In this document: piece after piece, positions 13,273-23,300 of the stretch | How positions within the stretch are numbered: the first letter of the stretch is position 1 | Layout of the letters: each line of letters opens with the position of its first letter | Origin: Schmidtea nova | Taxonomy: Eukaryota | Length of the DNA: 64,000 nucleotides | Direction: 5' to 3' | Assembly: GCA_044892505.1 (NCBI GenBank) | Contig: CM097882.1 | Span: 289,912,001 to 289,976,000, forward strand | Translations under genes and position numbers: made by a program | The notes under the pieces: generated by a model | What the model was told of the DNA's origin: nothing | Database searches by the model: none | What the model saw: only the letters and a program-made list of their open reading frames with translations

Positions 13273-13443
13273 CTGATTGGCCAGAAGGCAAGGCCAAAAT
13301 AGTATAAATACAGCAGCGAAATCAGTATTGTCGTCATTATTTTTACCAAGTGTTACTTCACTAGTAAACTATCCTTCTTACTAGTTGTGAATCAGAATAC
13401 GATTGTAATTGAAGAATCTGAGTGAAATAAAAGGTACGTGAGT
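13273..13443 (+). promoter_or_regulatory. Pol II promoter and putative non-coding leader exon of unit A
   Basis: Inverted CCAAT (CTGATTGG, 13273), TATAAATA (13303), Inr-like TCATT (13334), and splice donors GTACGT (13434) / GTGAGT (13438). Confidence 0.6.
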
Positions 13444-14394
13444 TAGTTGTTATTGTTATTATTATTAACCCCTCATATTAAAATACATAAGTTTTGTCCC
13501 GAAGGTCAAACGATCTGACGGGATTCTCGGCCTCTCGGCACAATAAATTTTCATGCGAGGTGCTGATGCGGCGAGACTATAGGTGTTCTAACTAATTAGG
13601 AAGGGGAAGGGTGCACATAGCGTGTTCAAGTAATGGGTGAACAGAAGAGTTAAATCAGTACCCGCGAGGATGGATAGGTGGCCAGAGTTAAGGTCAAACC
13701 CAATCATTGTCAATGATAATAGATAACATAATAAATGCGAGAGTACGAGAGAAACCAGAATACTAAAGACTGAAGTCGATTCGTACAGCATTTAGGGATA
13801 GGAGTTCCCACTAAGTAGTCAACCCAGGGTCATGCTTTCCACAATAATAATTATCGTGTATGAATCCAAGCAACTACAAGACCTTCCCGATAAAAAAATC
13901 GACGAGCAAGTTGACCAAGGTTTGTTGAATGTTTACTGTATGATTGTTATGAAAATATGAGTGACTGATGATCAATGCGATATAGAGTTACGATCAGGCC
14001 TACAAAATAAGTAACATCTACGTTCTAGATCTGCGTGGTAGTAGTGTACAAATCACTAGTCAAGCCGATAGTAGTAGGAATGCGTAGAGTGGTTATAATC
14101 AAATACGACTGAATACTGTCATATGATCAGAATTTTGACAAAAATCTACAACAACTATGAGTAAACTCCACCAGGTAATAATCTTAAGAAAGAGTTTGTA
14201 TGATTAAAGCGAAAGCGTATGATGGGGTATGAATGAGGTATGGTGAAAAAATGCGTGCCACTGTTGACATGTGATGGAATGATGCGAGAAAGGTCTGACC
14301 CTTCAATTAATGCCTCTATAATTTAGAAAATGAAACACCAAAGAGTACAACGGCGGAATCTGACCCTTCAATTAATGCCTCTATAATTTAGAAA

Positions 14395-14958
14395 ATGAAA
14401 CACCAAAGAGTACAACGGCGGAATCACGCTATCCAAACATTGAATTTCGAAGATTCAAAACTCATTCCCACCGCCATAAAGCAGTCGGCCGAACGACACC
14501 TGAGAGCCTGGATGCGAGGCCACGTCGACCCAGCCACCCGAGGAACTATAGGGTCCTTCCAGTTAAGAGTGCGATGGGAAGGCGATCCGGAATGGGCACT
14601 ATTGTTACAGATGCCGAGTCGAGCCCGTAGCCGATGGTTTATACAGCTCGAGAACCTCCAAAGCCAACCCAAGTGGATATTAAGCGGCAATTCTATGACA
14701 GGTTCCGACTTCTACAAACTCGGATACATCCTAATGGATCAACCCCGATGTACCTACACGGGAGAAAGGCAACCCTACCTTCATGTACCAGGGAATGTAA
14801 ACGTAAAAACTCAGTTGGGGCCAGACGACGAAAGACTATGGGAAGTCTTTGCATATCAGGATCGGCTATGTTGGGACCCGTGCCCTGAGATCTACCAGTC
14901 AGACGGGAAAGGACGAGCGGACCGACAATTTAACCAAGACCTATTGGAGTTCTTCTGA
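14395..14958 (+). CDS. Unit A ORF1, 187-aa protein of unknown function
   Basis: Intact GC-richer ORF; acceptor TTTAG ends 4 nt before the ATG; AATAAA at 14998; homologous to decayed unit B ORF1. Confidence 0.7.
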   Translation: MKHQRVQRRNHAIQTLNFEDSKLIPTAIKQSAERHLRAWMRGHVDPATRGTIGSFQLRVRWEGDPEWALLLQMPSRARSRWFIQLENLQSQPKWILSGNSMTGSDFYKLGYILMDQPRCTYTGERQPYLHVPGNVNVKTQLGPDDERLWEVFAYQDRLCWDPCPEIYQSDGKGRADRQFNQDLLEFF

Positions 14959-15205
14959 AAAACTAGATGTGAAGGTGCCAGGAATTGTGATAAAATTAAT
15001 AAATAGCTGTACTAAGAACTCTTGTGTTTAATCTAGAGAGAATGATGCCAGGAGTGATGTTGATTATGAATGGGTGACTGTGTGATAAAGAGTAAAATGG
15101 AGTAAAGTGTCGTGAATACTAATGACATAACATTTGAGGGTAGAGGGGGGACATAAGACCGTAGATGAACCATAATACGATTGATCTTCGTTTCCTCCTT
15201 TTTAG

Positions 15206-15763
15206 ATGAATGCGAATAAAGATCGTGACTATAGAAAAGAGGCCAAGGAGTACAAGTTGCGAGTTAGGATTCTCGAGAGCAGACTACGGCAGCTAGGGGA
15301 GGAACATCAGCTGATGAAAACCACATGGTTTCATCTGGAACGAGTAAAGCTTATTCAACAAGCCAGGTTTAGAGCCAATCGAATTGCTGAGGAGCAAACT
15401 CGAGAAACTGCCGCCGTAAAGCTTGAATTTAACAACTATGTGAGGGCCTCCACCAAAGAATTCATAACGCAGCAGTTGCGGCCTCTCATCCGAGCCAGCA
15501 CTTTCAATCGCTGGATAGGGACCACCAACGTTTCTACGGGTATACAAACCGATATGGATTCGAGTTCCATGACGAATACTCCAATGAACATGTCTCAACT
15601 TGAGGGCTCCAAACGAACGAAGCGTCGGAATCGGTTAGGAGTGAAACGAAGACGAGAACGAAGAGAATATGCCGAGAGAGTCGGAATTGAGGCAGACTTT
15701 CTAAGTGGTCTTACCGAGAAACAATTGATCGCCGTAATAAATCCATCAGTGTTATTGAATTAA
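15206..15763 (+). CDS. Unit A ORF2, 185-aa coiled-coil protein with an Arg-rich (NLS or nucleic-acid-binding-like) C-terminus
   Basis: Intact ORF; polypyrimidine tract and AG directly before the ATG; AATAAA right after the stop; homologous to unit B ORF2. Confidence 0.72.
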   Translation: MNANKDRDYRKEAKEYKLRVRILESRLRQLGEEHQLMKTTWFHLERVKLIQQARFRANRIAEEQTRETAAVKLEFNNYVRASTKEFITQQLRPLIRASTFNRWIGTTNVSTGIQTDMDSSSMTNTPMNMSQLEGSKRTKRRNRLGVKRRRERREYAERVGIEADFLSGLTEKQLIAVINPSVLLN

Positions 15764-16299
15764 AAATAAATGTATACTAGTTAAATGGCTTGACTTGAAT
15801 GTTTGAGGTACGTATGTGAAATTTAATCCAAAGTTGATTAAGTGAAGCTGATTCATTTTGTGCTACAGGACACATCGAAATTGAACTCACCTTAGAGGAG
15901 ACAAAGAGAGCGAGTAAGAAGGGACCGAAATAAAACCACATAAACTTTCTAACGGTAGTGGTGGACCCGTGAATAAACAAGGGAATAGTAGCCGCAAGGT
16001 TGCTCACCTGCCTTGTCATTTCACAACGTTGATACAGTACTAACATGATGAGTAGTTAGGGATACATCATGGATGTCAGCGGGGAGATGTTTTTATGTTG
16101 GCGAGATCACCCTAAAGTATAAAATCAAATAGGATCTCAGTTGAACATCTAACTAACCCACCAGCACTTGGCTAGATTATTCCTCACGGTCTACTAGAAA
16201 AATTATTTAAATATCAAGAGTGCCTTTAACTTTAATCTGTTTATTTTATTTAAAAACAAACAAAATTGTAAGATATAAGTTTATATACCTACAAATAAC

Positions 16300-17200
16300 A
16301 CCAAACCTTGAAATTAACATAATATATAATTGAAATTAAAAATTCGTATTTATTGCTATGTGGACTAATATTTGGCACTGCGTGTTTGTAGCAAATTCTT
16401 CATATTTTGGCTCATAAGAGTTTATGGCGATTCACAACCATGATGCTAAAAGATAATCTGTTAAACGAGATGGATGTTTTCTCTTAATTGCATTCATTGA
16501 TGAGAAGGCTGATTCGCAAAGGTAGGGGGATGCAAAAATGCAGATAGATATCCTGCAACTCTTCGCAAATTAGGATATTTTTCTTGCGAAAGCAGACTCC
16601 AAAATTTACTTTCAGCTGTATCTATTGATTTATTGAACATTGTTTTTCAATGATATTGTTTCATCTTCGACGGATGATCCATTTGAATAAAAAAATCATT
16701 AATTTTGATAGCGATCTCTTCTGTATTGATAGAATCATTAAATGGGAATGACATGAAGGTAGCAATTTTTTCAATTTTAGAAAAATCTTTAAAATGTGTG
16801 CTGAATTCATTTAAGAAAGCAATTACCTGAGTAGCATATTGATCATAAACAATTTTTGGCACATGTTTGGATTCTTCTTCCATATTTTTGAAATGTTTCA
16901 AATCACTAATGTCGATTGACCTGCAAACATGAGGAGCTTTTCTTTAAACATGTTCCCTGCCGTTATCATATGAAATATAGATTTATGTTTCCCCTGAAGT
17001 TGTAAATGTAGCTTATCCAACTGTTCTGTAATGTTACAGAGACAATCAAGATCTAGTAATCAGTTTTTTTTCTTTCAATTATGGATATGACTCTTCTTTT
17101 GTAGCCAAGAAATCTTTTATTTCAGGTAAAAGATCTCTGAATCGCTTTAAAATTTTGGAAGACTTGGCCATCTTTCATCCGTGTGTAATTGTTCACTATA
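16300..17200 (-). pseudogene. Decayed hAT transposase C-terminus (dimerization domain)
   Basis: Minus strand reads FSTHFKDF, FWSLLSQEKYP and FASPYLCESAFSSMNAIK...RLTD. Confidence 0.8.
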
Positions 17201-17751
17201 TTCAATTTCATATTGCTTAAGTAAAGTTCGAAACTGGCGCCGTTGTAGGCTTCTTCCACAGATGAAATTACAAACTTATTGAAAAAAGGATAAAAATATG
17301 GCAAACTCTGAGATGAAATGACATTGATAAGTTCATGGGTGGGTTCTTGAAATTTAACTTTTGTGTATTATAGATCCTTCATCCATAACCTTACATTAAC
17401 GAACTGTCACACTCGTATGCCCCTAACTATTCCCTAACTAGCTAGGTTGGAACTGCATACGGTGGCGGAAAAATGATGGACAGGCGAGCTTTGTCACCAA
17501 AACTTCTCTCCATTTATTTTCCTCAACAAGTCCGTGCTGCCGATGGAAGGTCTTACGCTATCATTCTCTAATTTCAGTCCTCTCGATACCTAATTAGCCA
17601 ATTTTATTCTTGTCTAATGCTATTAACAAATTCTTAATCTTGGTTGTCAATAACTACCTCAACCACTCCCATCCTTACTTTACAACCAAAATTCATTACG
17701 ACACGAAAAATAACTCAACACGAAGGGTTTTGGCTAATGATTTTATTTACA

Positions 17752-18307
17752 TTAAATTAACATGATTTCATTTAAAAGGTCCAGCTCTGATAGTTCATTG
17801 GGATGGTCCACTTGGGTAGCTAGTTGTCAGACGAAATCTCGTTTATGCCGCCTTTGCTTTGGACCTAATCGTCTTTTTCTGGAGCAGCCAAATAGGTTTA
17901 TTAATGGACTTGGCAGTGGCTGGATGGAAGCCTGTGGTGTAGGTACTAGGACTTTGCAATCAGTTCCAACAGAGATATATTTTGTCTCTTTGGCCGTCCA
18001 CCTTTGGGCCGTGATTGGTCTAATAAGGGCCCTGAGCTCCGTGTCAATGAATTATTTTGTTACTGCATTTAGGCAGTTTCGGAGTTCCAGCTGCACTGCG
18101 TCTAGTTCGGTATTGGTTTCTGTTAGCGACCCTTGCACTCTAGTCGTTTTCATTATTTGATCTTTCATTTTCTCTGGGGGGAAACCATTTTAGTTTTAAC
18201 TCATCATTAGCAGTTGTGAGACGCTTGATTTGGCGCTGCAATTCTCTAATTTGCCGATCTTGCCTTTGTTTTGTAAATTTATCCGAGAATTTCGTTCCAA
18301 TCATCAT
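17752..18307 (-). pseudogene. Unit B ORF2 (one frameshift, two stops), homologue of ORF 15206-15763
   Basis: Reconstruction: ...ELKLKWFP/EKMK...ELDAVQLELRNCLNAVTK*FIDTELRALIRPITAQRW...RKRRLGPKQRRHKRDF...ELSELDLLNEI. Confidence 0.75.
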
Positions 18308-18447
18308 TAAATTTCTACACCAAATACAGAAACACATTTAATTATTACTTAGACTTATTTGAAATAAAGTAAATTCGCATACAATTATAAATTTTAATGA
18401 AGCCAAAAAGAAAAAACATAAGTGGGCAATACATTTATTAAAGGATT

Positions 18448-18969
18448 AGTCAATCGACACCGAGTTTATCTCGATTTGAAAAAAATCGAGTGGATCTGCA
18501 TGGCCATTCTAATGGGACTGAGTGGGTTCACTAAAGTCGCCGAAGATTTCCTCTGGGCATCTCGTAGCGGTCGGATGACCGTGGTGAAAATTAAACCTAT
18601 CTCCTTTAGAGTTGAAGCTGGGATGAAGCCACAATAGATCATTGATTTTTGGAATCCGTCGTTGTCTAGGAGCAGAACAAACTAGTCTGCATACCCCGGT
18701 TTATACTCCTCGCCGATAATGATCGGCCAACTGGGGTAGCCACGGTACCACACATGATGTCGTGGGTGATCCCACACCATGAATGGGCAGGCGGTATCCA
18801 ACTCTTGTCTCCACTGACACATTTTTTGACGTACTTGCTGTAACACCTCGAAGGGTAGGAGTTTCAGCGGGCTTAGACATAGTTTTCTCCGGACACATTT
18901 TCCATCTTTTCGACCCCTGCGACTTGCAGCTGGTTTTTGGTAAATATCATTCTTTCGGGTCACTTTCAT
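18448..18969 (-). pseudogene. Unit B ORF1 (stops and a frameshift), homologue of ORF 14395-14958
   Basis: Motif pairs B/A: KLLP/KLIP, VWYRGYPSW/VRWEGDPEW, *FVLLDN/WFIQLEN, CPEEI/CPEI, DPLDFF/DLLEFF. Confidence 0.7.
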
Positions 18970-19454
18970 TATTGTCTGAAATAGTTTATAATATTTAAAT
19001 CCTTATTTGAATTATTTCTCTCATCGACTCTGATAGCCCATTCCTACATAACACTACTCTGCGCGCAAACTCTGACTAACAATACTTTCTAGGTTGCAAC
19101 AAAAACGGGTTTAATCTCTGGGGTAATAAAATGTCTTGTCTTACTACTCGGTTTGTTGATCATCAATCCTCCTTAATTAAATATGTTACGCGTGAAAATT
19201 AAAATAGTCAATAAAACATGGAGAATGACATAATTTTTAAAAATTAGTAAAACAGGTAAAAATTAAGACAAACGGAGTTAAAATGACATAATATGAAAAT
19301 TTAAAAACTAAGTACTAAATTTTTGGGAAATCTCGGAATAGTTAAAATTTAAATTATTTTAAAGTAAAATTAATTTATTATGAAATAAAATTTTTAACTA
19401 AATATTTCAAAATACAACATTTATATTTATTTAATAAATTTTTTAACAAAATCA

Positions 19455-19489
<35 letters not shown>

Positions 19490-20339
19490 CTATCCATCAA
19501 ACTACCACTATCAATCTAAGTACCAACAATAAACCGATCAACTAACTAATAATTTCATTACACACACAAATAATCAATCGACTAGTTACTTATCCGTTAC
19601 CAACTGACTCTATGTATTAACCAAATAAGAAAATTGTTTCATGCGTCAATCAATTATCTCTTTCTATTAACTAGATATCAACTAATCAAATCCCTTCAGT
19701 TAACAAATAAACCAAGTACTTACTTACCAAATAGTCCTACATACCAACCAGCTAGTTATATACACCAACCAATTGGTTCTATTCATTATTCCTATACCAA
19801 CCAACCAAGTACACTAACCAACTACCTAACTATTCATACTAACCAGCAACCAATTCTTTACTTACCAACTACTTCTTCACATCAACCAACTAACTCTATT
19901 CACAAATCAACAACAAACTAGTTACTGATCAAATACCAACTGATTCTATCCACACTCAACTAGTTAAATCAACTAATTGGATACCAACTGATTCTATATA
20001 TCAAACAAATAAATCTTCACTCTAAGAAAATTGTTCCACGTATCAATTATCTCTTCCCATTAACTAGATATAAAATAGGTCAATCTACAAACATATTCTG
20101 TCTTAATAAGTTTCAACCAACTAATTGCAATGAATCAACTAGATATTCTCTGAATTTACTGTCATGTATTACAAAGCTTTAGAAATCTATCATAAAAGAG
20201 ATAATATTACTCACAAATCTGACAAAGTCAAAATTTTATAATCAGTAAATTTTGTAGGAAATTGATTTCAAATATCATGACAGAAGTTAATTTATTACTT
20301 CGAATAAAATAATTGAATTAATCTTAAGTTTATTTTTTT

Positions 20340-23300
20340 GAAGTTTCTTTTTAAAGTGAATGAGCTTATTTCATAGTGAAAATGTTTTGGCTTTTCCATT
20401 TACAATTCTCAATTTACCCTAGTAAAATCTTTTCATTAATGAGAATTCCACTGAAAAAGGCTCAATCATTGGATAAAATTCAATTGGTAATTACAGTGAA
20501 TGAGGATAAATTCAGTTGAGAAACTTCACAAAAAGATGGGAATTCTTAAAATTCATTGTATTCAAAGTCAATAAATTGAAAAGCTTTTAAAGACGAAAAT
20601 AAGACTTTGATGGGACATTCATTCGAATGATTAAGGAAAAAAGTTATTATTAAGGAAAATATAATTCAAATTGTTAGTTTCTGTAGTTGAAGATACACAG
20701 GGTAAATTCATTAATTCCACTGAAAAGAGGGAATTTCATTGAAAGTCGGATAGTCAATTGAAAATGAATTAATCTTTTGAGACAAACCATTGAAAAGTAG
20801 AAAACCATTCTGTTTTGACTTCAATAAATATTTTCACCCATTTACACAATATTTCAAAGATTATTTCCGATATTGTTATCCACTAGCAGAACCTCTAGTA
20901 GAACTTTTAGTAGTAGAACCTTTTTTATGATAGTTTTGTATACAAAGGTTTCATATTATATTTCCACATATACCAATATTGTTGCATTTTATTCAATTTT
21001 TATGCAGTAGTAGAACCTTTGTTATCAGAACCCTAGTATCAGAACCTTGTTATGAACAGAGTGAATTAATGAAAAAACTAGTTATTAATGAGTGATTTCA
21101 TCAAGAAAAGTGTATTGATCTGTGTGAATATATTGGAGATATTTGATTGGTTAATTCTTATAAGACTGAGTGAATTGAACTTTCTTTACATTGTGACAAT
21201 AAATTTTATCATTTCATTCAAAGTGAAAAAATTCTAAATAGAAAATGACAAAGTGAAATTTTATTGTAAATCGGTAAAATTGATTTGAAAATTTTATAGG
21301 GGGCATCAAAATGGTTAAATCTTTAAAGGGAAAATCTTTTAGAAAATATATTCATAAATTTACTAGAAAGTAATTTATTTAATAGTTGATTAATTCTAAA
21401 GGTTCGATTGAATCTAATACAAATAAGTATCCTGTTTGTGAATCGCCAATGTATATATCATTCAAATAAGGGGTAAAAATGAGAAAAATCGATTCAAAAG
21501 GAGTAATATTAGAAAAGAGTTAATTTCCATCTGGAAAAATCATTAAAAAGTGCGTTAATTCAAATGGGTTAAAGAAGTAAAAATGGTAAGTGTATTGAAA
21601 TAGGTTAATTCTATGAAAAAAGTGTGTTGATTAAATCAGGGGTTATCCATTAAAATGGGTAAAATCATTTAAACAGGGTTATTTCTTAGACAGGGTGAAT
21701 TCATTCGTGGTTATATTATCAAAGGTTGATTCATTTAGATCTACTAAAATAGTAATCTTCAAACTTTCCAATCATCAAAAATCAATGGATATATCATTCA
21801 AATAGGGATATATAATACAAATAGGGTAATTTATTAGTAATTGCTCGATTTTTTCATTGAGAAATATCATTCAAATGAAGCTACAAAGAGAGTAAATAAC
21901 TCTTAAATTATAAATTATTCCAAAAATGATGGAAATTCATTAAAAAGGGCACAATGAAAACTGAGTTAAATATTTAAATGTAGGTAATCAACCTGAAAGG
22001 TAATTTATTGGTAAATTTGTCCATTTCGGAAATATTTTGAATATGGGTGAATTTATCAATGAATAGGAAATAATGAGGATGAAATGAATAAAATGTAGGG
22101 AAATTCAATTTAAAAGTGTGAAATCAAAGAGTAAATAATAAGAATAGATTAGTATTTGTAAAAGGAAAATGCATTCAGTGGGAAAATATAAGTAACAAAA
22201 TATTATTCAAGCGGTATATATTGATTTAGAGAAATTTACAATGAATAATTAAAAGAAAATTTAATGGAAAATAGTGTGTTAAAATATTCAAGTTTTGGTT
22301 GCTAGATAACTAATGAATACTTTGGCAATAATACAAATCATAAGTTGAATTTAGATGAAAGAGATTAGCAAATTTCAAGCTTTTATCTATTAATTTCAAA
22401 TACTAATAAATTAAGGAGTTTTTTGAAGATTTAATTGCAGTGAGTATTTAAGGAAGGATTTAATGATGGTAAAGTATTTTCAAAATTTAGATACTTATGG
22501 CTTTTTATTTTCATTTAAAGTAATATTTTGTAATGAATGATTTAACTAATTATTATTGATTTTTGGTGAATTGTTTGTGATAACTTTGAATTGATATCCT
22601 TTTAATTAACGGTGTGAAGAATCAATTTGAACATTTAATAAGTATCTAGAAGTATTTTAATTAGAAATCAATAAAAGTTTATAAGTTTTGATCATTTTAA
22701 TATGTTTAACTAGTTATTAAGATTTTTATAATGATTTGGACAATGATTTCAATAGAGCTTTGTTTAAAAGTCATTTGTATTTTAAATATATTTTAAATGT
22801 TTACAACTTTATTTAAAAAAGATATAAATTTAGAAACATGGTTATGTGTACTCTTTTAAAAAATAATTATCAACTAAAATTAATTCAATTATTTATTCTA
22901 AGTAATAAATCAACTTTTATGTCATGATATTTAAAATCAATTAGTTTCCTGTCAAATATATTTTAAATTAACTTTGATTATAAAACTTTGACATTGAAAG
23001 ATTTTTAAGTAATATTATCTCTTTTATGATAATTTTCTAAAGACTTAATACATGACAGTAATTCCAGAGAATATCTGGTTAATTCATTGACAATTAGATA
23101 GTTGAAATTTGTTAATAGATATAATCTGTTAGATGTTGTTAAAACATCTTCGGTTAACTAAAATTCTAAAGTCATCCAAAATATTTATTTAAATAAAGAA
23201 AATGTTTGTCTCTTTGAAGATATTTAAACAATTTTTTACCCTTTTCATTACTTTTAAAATGTTATGTCATTTCAACTCAGAGTTTGCCATATTTTTACCC

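Larger units (their letters stand above)
12722..16200 (+). mobile_element. Unit A: long LTR-like repeat carrying a promoter, a leader exon and two orphan ORFs (boundaries approximate)
   Basis: Begins with TG. Shares promoter context with unit C, ORF homology with unit B, and the 3' motif GCTC(A/G)CCTG with both. Confidence 0.55.
17400..20340 (-). mobile_element. Unit B: diverged relative of units A and C (internal AT-rich region plus two decayed orphan ORFs)
   Basis: ORFs are homologous to those of unit A. 19190-19310 and 20110-20340 are inverted homologues of 23260-23390 and 22860-23110. The 3' motif TTTTGGTGACAAAGCTCGCCTG matches unit C at about 25662. Confidence 0.65.

Noticed and set aside
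17762-18998. Plus-strand ORFs 17762-18160, 18422-18637 and 18783-18998
   Set aside because: Antisense shadows of the minus-strand unit B ORFs.
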